NCBI GenBank assembly: GCA_036788295.1
Contig: DAIQNR010000004.1
Coordinates: 47,187 to 111,186 of the forward strand
Source of the DNA: Myxococcota bacterium
Lineage (GTDB): Bacteria; Myxococcota; Kuafuiibacteriia; Kuafuiibacteriales; Kuafuiibacteriaceae
Length of the DNA stretch: 64,000 nt
Direction: 5' to 3'
In this document: positions 28,414-37,141 of the stretch, one piece after another
How the letters are laid out: every line of letters starts with the position of its first letter
Position numbering within the stretch: the first letter of the stretch is position 1
Made by a program: the position numbers and the translations under genes
The notes under the pieces: generated by a model
Told to the model about the DNA's origin: nothing
Databases searched by the model: none
The model's input: only the letters and a program-made list of their open reading frames with translations

Positions 28414-30060
28414 TCAACCGGCCGGGGCGCGCGAACCGTGGCCCGGGAGGGTAGGACGGCGGCCAAGGACCACGGTCAGGGCTCGGGCGAGCTCGCTCGA
28501 GGGCGTGCCTGGCCAAAGCCCGATCGTGCCCCCGCGCAGCCGCTCCTCGGGCCACCCCGGCTTCAGCATGGCCGGGCCGACGAGGCGGGCCCCTTCCCCC
28601 GGCCACAGCACCCACACCGACCGGACCAGCGGCTGGCCCGACGCGTCGCCGATCCCCTCCCCGTACTTCCACCAAACCTCCTGCAGCGCGGTCCAGGGCG
28701 GGCCGCCGGCCTCCCGACGGAACTTCGCGTCGAGCACGTGCAGGTCGAGCGAGCCGTCGATCCACCGCACCTCGACCACCAAATCCGGGCGCCAAGGCCG
28801 ACCGGGGTGGAGCTTTCGGATCTCGCCCTCCCGACCGATCTCGGGCTCGTAGAGCAGGCGAACCGTGCGCAGCTCTTGGGTCCAGGTGGCGACCTCGCCC
28901 CGGGCGAGGGTCGAAAACCAGCCGGGATCGATCTCGAAAGTCCCCGACCAAGCGCCAAGCAGGTCCCCCAGGGCCCGAGCGACGACGACGGTGCACCACT
29001 GCTCCCACAGCTCGTCGAGGGCGCGAATCGGGGCCGGAGCGACCGAAGACTCGTCCTGCCCGTCCGCGATGAGAAAGGCGCGAAACGTCGTCCAGTACGC
29101 TGGCTCGGCGTCGACGCGCGGGGTCCGGAGCATGCGCGGGCCCCGGGGGCGCAGGTCCGGGAGCCCGGCCCGCAGCCGAATGGCGGCGATCTCCCTCCGC
29201 AGCTCGTCGATGCGCGCCCGCCGCCGCTCGAGACCCAAGGCGCGCGGCGCGTCGCGCTCCTGCCACAGGTTGCCGTGCTCGGTGACGAAGGCCTCTCTCG
29301 CTTCCCGGCCGGCCTCGAGCCGCCCGAGCTCTTCGCTGACGCGAGCCCGCAGGTCGGTCGCGGCGGCGTCGAGGCGATCGTACGCGGTCAGCACCCCCCG
29401 GTTTTCCAGGGTGTCGAGGTCGGCGCGGCGCTCCCGGCGCACCCCCACCGAGCGGCCGGTCGCGGCCGCCCGGACCGACGCCACCGGGTGGGTGGCGAGC
29501 CAGCGCACGTCCCGCGCGGTGCGGGGGCCGCCCACCGCCGGGGCCGCCCACACCTCCTCCCGGGCCCGGTGAAGCGGCCGGCGCCGGATCGCCGGAGCGG
29601 CCGACGCGGCGAGACCCACCGCCATCTCGAGCAGGCTCAGCTCCCGGTCCCGAGATCGCACCCCCTCCACCGTGGACACCGCCCCCGCCGAGAGGGACAG
29701 CCCCTCGGCGACCGCCTCGAGCTCGGTCACCAGGGCAGAGATCGCCTCGGCGACGAGCTTGTTCGGCTGCACGACGAAGCTCACGCTCCGGGCGTCGACG
29801 GCGACCTTGACCTCGCCCGCGACCTCGGCGAGCAGCCCGGGACCGGTCCAGCTCGCGAGGCCGCTGGCATCAGCCCGAAGCTCGATCTCTCGGTCCCCAA
29901 CGGTCAGCAGCACGAAGGCACCCGGGCGGTGGCCGCGGGAGCGAACCACGAGATCGCCCCAACCCCGCACGACCGGCCGCGCCTCGTCCTGGATCAGGGT
30001 CTCGCCGGCCACAACCTCCAGCTCGAGCCCCTCAGGTGTGGAAGAAGTCGTACCAGTCAC
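28414..30060 (-). CDS. DUF2357 / McrC-like PD-(D/E)xK nuclease
   Basis: VQPNKL, DTLENR, LWEQWC, RPD and LDAKFR; N-terminal beta-rich domain and an internal coiled-coil-like segment. Confidence 0.82.
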   Translation of the reverse strand: MTGTTSSTPEGLELEVVAGETLIQDEARPVVRGWGDLVVRSRGHRPGAFVLLTVGDREIELRADASGLASWTGPGLLAEVAGEVKVAVDARSVSFVVQPNKLVAEAISALVTELEAVAEGLSLSAGAVSTVEGVRSRDRELSLLEMAVGLAASAAPAIRRRPLHRAREEVWAAPAVGGPRTARDVRWLATHPVASVRAAATGRSVGVRRERRADLDTLENRGVLTAYDRLDAAATDLRARVSEELGRLEAGREAREAFVTEHGNLWQERDAPRALGLERRRARIDELRREIAAIRLRAGLPDLRPRGPRMLRTPRVDAEPAYWTTFRAFLIADGQDESSVAPAPIRALDELWEQWCTVVVARALGDLLGAWSGTFEIDPGWFSTLARGEVATWTQELRTVRLLYEPEIGREGEIRKLHPGRPWRPDLVVEVRWIDGSLDLHVLDAKFRREAGGPPWTALQEVWWKYGEGIGDASGQPLVRSVWVLWPGEGARLVGPAMLKPGWPEERLRGGTIGLWPGTPSSELARALTVVLGRRPTLPGHGSRAPAG

Positions 30061-33000
30061 CGAGCTCTTCCCCGCGCACCCTCAGCTCCTTGGTCCGAGC
30101 CGCGGAGCGGCGCCAGCCCCGCTCTTCGAACAGGGCGCCGAGCTGATCGAGCAGGGTTCGCCATCGCGGCCCGACCCCGCGCAGCGGGGGCAAGACCCGC
30201 TGAAGCACCTGGAGGTCCTCCGCCTCCGTCCGGTCGAGGACCCCGTCGGCGGCTCCTAGGTACCGCTCCATCGCCCGGCGGGTCCGGGCGGTCGGGGCGC
30301 CGGGCACCCGCGCCTCCTGCAGGAACTTCACGACCTCGGTGATGCCGCCGAGCGCCGCGGCCTCGGTGATCGGAGCCAGGGCCGACCAGGGCACGGACAG
30401 GCCGAGGTTGTCGTCCTCGGCTCGCCACAGAGGGGCGTCGGCCGACGGCTCCATCCACAGGACGCTCGCCCGGGACAGAAAACGAGGGGAGAGCCGCTCG
30501 ACCGTGTCGTCGACGTTGATGGTCGCGAGCATCCGCACCGAAGGCGGCACGGAGAAGGACCACGGGTACCGCTCGGCGTTGTCGGGATCGAGCTCCGGGT
30601 CGTAGAGGCGCACCGTGGGCGCGGCCGCCTCGAACGCCGACAGCATGCGAGCGAGGTAGTACTCGGGGGAGGCGAGGTTCAGCTCCTCGACCAGAACCGG
30701 CCACAGCCCCCCGTCCGCCTCCCCGTCCCGAGCCCGGAGAAGGTGCTCCACGAAGCCCTCGCTCGACGCGGTCCAGCGGTGCTCGGTCGGGTGCCAGAAA
30801 CCAAAGAGGGCCGCGTCGTCCTGCCAGTCCCGTCGGACCACCAGCTCGAGGTAGCGATCGCTGCCCGGCCCGTGGCCGAGCCGGCTCAGCACGCTGCGCA
30901 CGAACGTGCTCTTTCCCACCCCGGGGAGGCCGGCGAGCAAGGTCCACCGCCCGGTCCCGAGCGAGAGCACCAGGTTGGCCACCGCGGTTCGGTCCCAGGT
31001 GCTCCCCGCGACCGCGGTGATGAGCTCCTCGAGCGCCGGTGGCTCGCCCGGCCGAAACGGGCGGGCTCGGATCGGAGCTCGGGCCGCCTCCCTCGCCCCA
31101 CCGCCCCGAGGTCGCTCTGCACCGCCGAACGCGCCAAGCTGGGCGAGCAGCCGCACCTTTTCGTCCTCGAGCGCCGAACGGGCCGCGGCGAGCTCGGACT
31201 CGAGCCGCTCGATTTCGGCGCCGAGACGCTTCTCTTCCTCCGCGACCCGCTGCGCCACGGTGACGAGCGCCGTCTCCTTGGCCGCCAGCTCGGCGTCCAG
31301 TTCCGCTCGGCGGGCCCGCACCTCGGCCTCGTGCCGGTCGAGCTGGTCCGCCACCCACCGGGCCGCCGCCTCCGAGCGCGCCGCCTCCCCGTCCTTCGTC
31401 TCGAGCCACGCCGCGACCGCCTGCCGGCGAGCGTCGTCCAATGCTTCGGCCCGGGGGAGGAGGGCCCGCAGCCGGCTCGCGCGGATCGCGTACACCGAGG
31501 GAGGGAACTGCGGCGCCTGGTCGTCGGCGAGGAACCGTCGAAGGGACTCCGGCGACGGCGTCTGCTCGAGCTGGCGCGCCAGCCAGGCCGCCGCGGTCAC
31601 GTCGTCGAGGCGGTCGTGCACGCTCGCCCCGGCCGCCACGAGATCCTCGAGCGTCGGGGGGTCCGGAACGAGGCTCCGGGTCTCGTCGGCGATGATCCGC
31701 CCGAACAGCCGCTCGAAGTCGGCGATGGGCAGGCGCGCGACCGCGAACGCCGGTTCCTCCGGGGCAAGCCCGGTGGGCAGCAGCCGAAATGGGCCCTCGA
31801 CTGCGCTCCCGGTGCGCCGGAACACCGGGCCGAGCGCGTCGGCGCGCAGGTGGTTGTTGCTCCACAGCTCACCCCACGCCGACAGATGGTGCGAGGCGTC
31901 ATCCGGCGCGCCGGGGGTCAGCCGCAAGCCAGCCGGACCGGCCTCGGTCACGGCCGCCGTGCCCGGGGCCTCGATGCCGGCCAGGACATAGGCGAGCCGC
32001 CGGGCCCCGCCTTTGGCCTCGACCGCGACCGTCGCCGCCGGAGCGCCCGAGGCGAGGATCTCGGCGAGCTGCGCGAGCTCGTCGACGAGCCGCTCGGACG
32101 CGAGCCCCGCCGCTCTGCGGCTGGCCGCCCGTTCGATCGCGAGGGTCAGCGCGCCGGCCTCAGGGAGGGCGTCGATGCGCTCGGCGAGCGCCCACAGCTC
32201 GGGGCCGAGACGCTCGCGCTCCTGGTCGAGGCACGCCTCGAGCTCCCTACGGGCGCCGTGCAGCAGCTGCGCCACTTCCGCCAGCTCGTTTCTCTGCAGG
32301 GCTCGCTGCGCTTCCTCAGCCGCCTCGACCACCGCCTCGGCCCCGCTCGGGACCCGCAGCGCCCGCTGGAGCACGTGCTCGACCGCTTCCCGCAGCGGCG
32401 CCCGGGCCTCGCGCCACCGCGCGTCCACCGCCTCCGCCCAAGCGTGCAGGTCGGGCCCCGGCGCCGGAGCCACGAACCCGAGCTTCGACAGCTCCGCCGC
32501 CCGAAACTCGGCCCGCTCCTTGATGCGGACCAGGTCCGCGCCCTGGGTCGCCGCTTCGTGGTCCCGGTCGGCCTGCTCGATCCAGTTCTCCGCCTCGGCC
32601 AGCTCGAGCCGGTCGAGCGCCTGCTGGGCGGCGCCGAGGTCCTCGGCCGCTTCGCCCTCGTACTCGGCGAGCCGCCCGTCGAGACGGTCGGCGAGGTTTT
32701 GGACCCGGTCCGCGATCACCGCCGCCCACTCCGGTGGCTCGCGTCCGGCGCTGGCCGCCGCTTCCCGCGTCAGCACGAAGGCCACCCGCTGCCGGCCCTC
32801 GGGCGGCTTGGCGAGGGTCTTGGCCAGCAGGGTGCCCGGGGCGAGGATCGGCCGGTAGCTCGGTTCGGGGAGCGCGTCCTCGACCAGCGCCTTCGCGAGA
32901 TCGCGGCCGGCCTCGCAGTGGTCGTCGACCGATTTTTTCCACGCCGCCGGCAGCTCGGGCGCCGGGCGTTCGGAGCCGGGCCACAACGCGAGCGCCCGCT

Positions 33001-33649
33001 GGACCAGCTGGCGACGGGTCTCGAGCTGCTTGATGAGGTGGTTCCAAACCGGCGTGTTCGGGTCGACCCGGCGAGCCGCCGACCCCTCGCTCGCCCAGGC
33101 CGCGAGGTCCCCGGGGGTCGCCGACGCGAGGCGGAGCTTGGTCGGCTTGGGGCCCCCCTGCACGGCGGCCCGGAGGACGGCGTGGCACTCCGATATCGCC
33201 TCGGTCAGGATCTCCTTTTCGGCCGCAATCTTGCCGGGATTGCGCTCTGCGACCCTCTCGAGCTGGTCGAGCACCGCCGAGAACGCAGCGGGGCGCCGGA
33301 CCGCATCCAGCGGGCGACCTCCGCCGCTCACCAGGATGCGGTGGAGGACATCGCCGAGCTCGCCGGGGAGCTCGCGGTCGATGGACCACGCCGAGTGCAG
33401 GGGCTCGGCTCCGAGCGCCGCCACCCGCCACCAATCGAGCACCGCGCCGAGCCGAGGGTGGGTGCCGACGACGGCCACCGCCGCGGCGTTGAACCAAGCC
33501 AGCGCGCGGCGCCGGTCCTCATCCGGGTCCTCGCCCTCCCAGGCGAGGCGGTGCACCGCGCCCGCCGTCGCCTCCAGCGTACGAAGGGCGGACTGGGCGT
33601 CGGCGGGGCGCTCGCTCACGTCGGTCAGCCCTTCCTGTACCTCGTGCAT
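30032..33649 (-). CDS. Large McrB-family AAA+ GTPase (NxD type) with coiled coil and long N-terminal region (1205 aa)
   Basis: GLPGVGKST, VRRDWQD, VEELNLA.PEYY, TINVDD, RFLSRA; heptad-rich segment at ~31135-31390; GAGGGAG RBS before ATG 33649. Confidence 0.85.
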   Translation of the reverse strand: MHEVQEGLTDVSERPADAQSALRTLEATAGAVHRLAWEGEDPDEDRRRALAWFNAAAVAVVGTHPRLGAVLDWWRVAALGAEPLHSAWSIDRELPGELGDVLHRILVSGGGRPLDAVRRPAAFSAVLDQLERVAERNPGKIAAEKEILTEAISECHAVLRAAVQGGPKPTKLRLASATPGDLAAWASEGSAARRVDPNTPVWNHLIKQLETRRQLVQRALALWPGSERPAPELPAAWKKSVDDHCEAGRDLAKALVEDALPEPSYRPILAPGTLLAKTLAKPPEGRQRVAFVLTREAAASAGREPPEWAAVIADRVQNLADRLDGRLAEYEGEAAEDLGAAQQALDRLELAEAENWIEQADRDHEAATQGADLVRIKERAEFRAAELSKLGFVAPAPGPDLHAWAEAVDARWREARAPLREAVEHVLQRALRVPSGAEAVVEAAEEAQRALQRNELAEVAQLLHGARRELEACLDQERERLGPELWALAERIDALPEAGALTLAIERAASRRAAGLASERLVDELAQLAEILASGAPAATVAVEAKGGARRLAYVLAGIEAPGTAAVTEAGPAGLRLTPGAPDDASHHLSAWGELWSNNHLRADALGPVFRRTGSAVEGPFRLLPTGLAPEEPAFAVARLPIADFERLFGRIIADETRSLVPDPPTLEDLVAAGASVHDRLDDVTAAAWLARQLEQTPSPESLRRFLADDQAPQFPPSVYAIRASRLRALLPRAEALDDARRQAVAAWLETKDGEAARSEAAARWVADQLDRHEAEVRARRAELDAELAAKETALVTVAQRVAEEEKRLGAEIERLESELAAARSALEDEKVRLLAQLGAFGGAERPRGGGAREAARAPIRARPFRPGEPPALEELITAVAGSTWDRTAVANLVLSLGTGRWTLLAGLPGVGKSTFVRSVLSRLGHGPGSDRYLELVVRRDWQDDAALFGFWHPTEHRWTASSEGFVEHLLRARDGEADGGLWPVLVEELNLASPEYYLARMLSAFEAAAPTVRLYDPELDPDNAERYPWSFSVPPSVRMLATINVDDTVERLSPRFLSRASVLWMEPSADAPLWRAEDDNLGLSVPWSALAPITEAAALGGITEVVKFLQEARVPGAPTARTRRAMERYLGAADGVLDRTEAEDLQVLQRVLPPLRGVGPRWRTLLDQLGALFEERGWRRSAARTKELRVRGEELGDWYDFFHT

Positions 33650-33859
33650 GGGCGGTCTCCCTCGGCGGCGCGCTGGCCATCGGGCAGAGAATGGAGCTAT
33701 CCCGTTCGCAAAGGGTCGTCCAGTCGGCTCCGGACGTCGCCACCTGGCGCCGTTCGCCCACATAGGCAATAACCCTTAATTTCATGGCCGCGCATCAACG
33801 CGCCGCGGACGAAGGTCGGGTCGGGGGGAGGCTTGTCTGCCCGCGTCGGTCGTGCCGAA

Positions 33860-34330
33860 ATGACGCAAATGGTGGGCCGATTGCCGCTCCTCGTCGCCCT
33901 CGCCGGCGCCGCCTGCGGAGACATCGGGGTGCTGGCGCTCGACGTGCAGTTCCCCAATGAGGACGCAGAGGCGCGCACCCGTGCCCTCCGGGTGGTCGTT
34001 CGGGAACCGCCTCCGAATGGTGCACGGGGCTGCGCTTCGCTGTGGACCGACCCTCCCGCGGGCCTTCGTCAATCCGAAGGGACGGTGCGCTTCCCGAACC
34101 GGAACGACGCGCTCGCCGCCCCGGTGAGCATCGCGTACGACATCTTGACCGTGCTCGTGTACGCCCACCCCGGGGTGATCACCGAGATGCGGGAGAACCC
34201 GAGCACCGGAGAAATGCAGCCTCGATTGCGGGTCACCGGCGACCCGCTGGTCGGCGGCTGCGTCGATGTCCCGATTGAGGACAGCACCGTGACCACGGCG
34301 GTCTCCGTCCCCCTGTTTCCCGCGCCGTAG
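33860..34330 (+). CDS. Hypothetical lipoprotein
   Basis: LLVALAGAAC lipobox. Confidence 0.65.
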   Translation: MTQMVGRLPLLVALAGAACGDIGVLALDVQFPNEDAEARTRALRVVVREPPPNGARGCASLWTDPPAGLRQSEGTVRFPNRNDALAAPVSIAYDILTVLVYAHPGVITEMRENPSTGEMQPRLRVTGDPLVGGCVDVPIEDSTVTTAVSVPLFPAP

Positions 34331-34360
34331 AGCACCGTCCGGATCGGATAGGGTCGCCTC

Positions 34361-35503
34361 GTGCTCTGCCTCCTCCTCGCCGCGGCCGGCGCCGGACCGG
34401 CACTGTGGCTCGGGCTCGAACGAGGGCCGATTCCACCGGCCGCCGCCGAGCGGGCCGAGCGGGCGCTGGTCGAAGCGCTCGATCTGCAGGAGCAGCTGAC
34501 CGATCCCTCCGGCCGTCCGCTCGGCGCCGAGGGGCGAAAGCGGGTCGAGGCGCAGGTCGCCGCGCTTCGGGACGCCGGCGTCGATGCGTTCCTGCGGTTC
34601 GACGCCGCTGGGGCTCGGCGGGCCTTCGCTGCGGCCCGGGAGCGGTTCGTCACCGAGCTCGGCGGCGAGGGGCCGCTCGCGCTGTACGCGGACATTCTCC
34701 TCGCCGAAGCCGAGGCGGCCCTGCAGCGCGAAGAGCGCGGCCTCGCCACCCAGCTCCTCCTTTCGCTGCTTCCCTTTGGGCCCGTTGCCGGCCCCTCACC
34801 GGAGCGAGCGCCGGCCGAGCTACTGGCCGCTTGGCGCCGGCTCGAGCCCGGTCCAAGCGGATTCGTTCACGCCCGCTGCGCCCCGCGCTGCGAGCTGTGG
34901 CTCGACGGCGAGCCGGCGGGAACGAGCGACGAGCGAGGGCGGCGGCTGGGCCCGCTCATCCCCGGGGAGCACCTCCTCACCGCGCGCTGGCCCGGCGCAC
35001 GCTGGTCCGGCGCCGCGCCGGTGCCCCCAGGAGCGACCACCGATCTCGACTTGCGGGCCCCCCCCGAGACCGAGGCGGCGCGCGACGCGGTCCACCGGTT
35101 CGCCGTGGGCCTCGCCGCGTCCACTCCCGAAGCGGCGCCTTCGCTCGGCGCCCGCGAAGCTTCGGGCTACTTCGCGGTGGTGCGACCCGGACCGAAGCTC
35201 GTGCTCGGAGTGGTGGACAAAGACGGCTACCCGATCGGCGCCGCGCCGGGGCCGGTCACCGAGGACAAACTTCTGCTCGCCGAACTCATCCGCAGGGCCA
35301 CCGTCTTTCCCGACCCAGGAGCGTGGAAGCTGGCGCCGGATCGGTTCGAACCGCGACGGGAGCAAGAAGAACCGGGGCCGGGCTGGCCGTGGTGGGTGTG
35401 GGGAGCCGTTGGCGCCCTGGTCGCCGGGGGCGTGGTCGCCGGGGTCGCGGCGGCCACCGCGACCCCGGAAGGGGTCACGACCGTACGGGTGGAGTTCAGG
35501 TGA
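34361..35503 (+). CDS. Exported protein with helical N-terminus, PEGA-like domain and C-terminal hydrophobic helix
   Basis: CELWLDGEPAG..GEHLLTA (PEGA-like); WWVWGAVGALVAGGVVAG near the C-terminus. Confidence 0.7.
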   Translation: MLCLLLAAAGAGPALWLGLERGPIPPAAAERAERALVEALDLQEQLTDPSGRPLGAEGRKRVEAQVAALRDAGVDAFLRFDAAGARRAFAAARERFVTELGGEGPLALYADILLAEAEAALQREERGLATQLLLSLLPFGPVAGPSPERAPAELLAAWRRLEPGPSGFVHARCAPRCELWLDGEPAGTSDERGRRLGPLIPGEHLLTARWPGARWSGAAPVPPGATTDLDLRAPPETEAARDAVHRFAVGLAASTPEAAPSLGAREASGYFAVVRPGPKLVLGVVDKDGYPIGAAPGPVTEDKLLLAELIRRATVFPDPGAWKLAPDRFEPRREQEEPGPGWPWWVWGAVGALVAGGVVAGVAAATATPEGVTTVRVEFR

Positions 35504-35880
35504 GCGTTCGCCGCAGGACAGGTTGCGTACTCGCTTGCCTCGTCGCCTGCGGAGGGCGGCCGGAGCTCCGGGTGGTGATTCGGGACGGCCCGATGCACGA
35601 GCGCGCGGATTTGTCTCGGATGGATCTGGTGCTGCTTCGGTGCGAGGCCGAACCGCAGACCGTCGATCTGCCCACCGATGACCCGCCCGCCCTCGACCTG
35701 GCGCTTCCGCCCGGGGGGCGTTTCGCGGTGTGGGTCAGGGGGTACGCGGAGCCCGGGGCGGGTAGCCGCGCGGTCAGCGAAGCGTGCGGACCGTGGATGG
35801 CGTTCGAGCCTGGGCTCGTCTTGAACCTTCGGCTGGGGCCGGTCGAGGGTTTTTGCCCGCCGCCCCCGGACTGCCCCTGA
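35500..35880 (+). CDS. Small hypothetical lipoprotein
   Basis: LACLVAC lipobox; GTGA overlap with the upstream gene. Confidence 0.6.
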   Translation: MSVRRRTGCVLACLVACGGRPELRVVIRDGPMHERADLSRMDLVLLRCEAEPQTVDLPTDDPPALDLALPPGGRFAVWVRGYAEPGAGSRAVSEACGPWMAFEPGLVLNLRLGPVEGFCPPPPDCP

Positions 35881-35883
35881 GAC

Positions 35884-36810
35884 TCAGCCCTCCTGGGGCT
35901 GGGGATCGGGCAGCGCGCCGTTCGTCGGGGCCTTGGTCTCGAGCGCGGAGCCGATGGCGGCGCTGCGCTTCATCCGGCCCTCGAGCACCCAGCGCGGGGG
36001 CGTTCGGAGGTCCCAGACCACCCCGAGCTTCTCGAGGACCCGAAGCACGGCGTAGCTGACGTCGATCTCCCACCAGAAGAAGCCCTGGTTGGCAGCGGAA
36101 GGATAGAAATGGTGGTTGTTGTGCCACCCTTCTCCGAGCGTGAGCAGCGCGAGCCAGAAGTTGTTTCGGGAGGTGTCGCTGGTCCGGTAGCGCCGGCTCC
36201 CGAGCACATGGGCGAGCGAGTTGATGACGAAGGTCCCGTGCCAAGTAAGCAGGGTGCTGAAGAAGAAGCCCCAAAACAGCCAGTCCCATCCGCCGATGAG
36301 CAGCAGGCCGACCGCCATCGTCGTCGGCGGCACCAGCCACCACTCGTGGATCCAGAGGATCTCGGGATACTTCGAAAAGGCCTTGAGTTGGCGCTCCGAC
36401 GTGGCCGCGTAGTCGGGGACGAGCATCCACACCATGTGGGACCAGAAAAACCCCCGTTTGGGGCTATGGATGTCGCGCTCCGTGTCCGAGAACCGGTGGT
36501 GGTCCACGTGGTGGCCCGACCACCACAGCACCCCGCGCTGCGCCGCCGCGGAGCCGAGCCACGCGAGCACGAACTGAAACACCCGGCCGGTCTTGAACGC
36601 GCGGTGCGAAAAATAGCGATGAAACCCGGCGGTGATCCCGAACATCCGGACCGAGTAGGTCACGAGCACGAGCAGAGCCATCGACCAGGTGAGGTCGAAC
36701 ACGAACAGGCCGCCAATCGGGATGATGTGCATGACGATGAAGGCGACCGAGTCCCGGTACCACGGGCGCTCGGGTTGAACGGATGAACCGGGTTCGGCGG
36801 CGATGCTCAT
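35884..36810 (-). CDS. Acyl-CoA (delta-9-type) fatty acid desaturase
   Basis: His boxes HRYFSH, HVDHH and HNNHH; GEGWHN. Confidence 0.93.
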   Translation of the reverse strand: MSIAAEPGSSVQPERPWYRDSVAFIVMHIIPIGGLFVFDLTWSMALLVLVTYSVRMFGITAGFHRYFSHRAFKTGRVFQFVLAWLGSAAAQRGVLWWSGHHVDHHRFSDTERDIHSPKRGFFWSHMVWMLVPDYAATSERQLKAFSKYPEILWIHEWWLVPPTTMAVGLLLIGGWDWLFWGFFFSTLLTWHGTFVINSLAHVLGSRRYRTSDTSRNNFWLALLTLGEGWHNNHHFYPSAANQGFFWWEIDVSYAVLRVLEKLGVVWDLRTPPRWVLEGRMKRSAAIGSALETKAPTNGALPDPQPQEG

Positions 36811-36945
36811 GCGGCCATCGTAGGACGCGCTGCGTCGGGCCGGGGTCCCATCCCGAGAACGGTACGGTCACGAATTCCGTTCGCAGGGACGTTTCGGCCG
36901 CTTTCGGTCGCCTCCGTGTCAGCGTCCGAACATGACGCGCGGGCC

Positions 36946-36974
36946 TTGACACCGCCGCCCGCGTTTCGCAGAAC
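36946..36974 (+). promoter_or_regulatory. Probable sigma70 promoter of the tRNA
   Basis: TTGACA-17 nt-CAGAAC ending 12 nt before the tRNA; the -10 match is weak. Confidence 0.45.
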
Positions 36975-36986
36975 CGCCGGCGTCGG

Positions 36987-37060
36987 GTCCCCATCGTCTA
37001 GTTGGCCCAGGACTCCGGCTTTTCACGCCGGCAACAGGGGTTCAAATCCCCTTGGGGACA
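36987..37060 (+). tRNA. tRNA-Glu (anticodon TTC), CCA not encoded
   Basis: Acceptor stem GTCCCCA/TGGGGAC, anticodon arm CCGGC-TTTTCAC-GCCGG, T arm AGGGG-TTCAAAT-CCCCT. Confidence 0.95.
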
Positions 37061-37141
37061 ATCGATCGACCGGCGCGGCGGGCCCAAGAGCCGCTCCGCT
37101 TGGCCGGGCTGTGCGCTGAACACTGGCTTCGAGCCGGCGGC

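Noticed and set aside
30743-33772. 1009-aa plus-strand ORF
   Set aside because: Antisense shadow of the McrB-like gene.
36987-37060. tRNA-Glu as an integration site
   Set aside because: No integrase nearby and no duplicated tRNA 3' end noticed (by eye, not exhaustive); flanking genes are metabolic.
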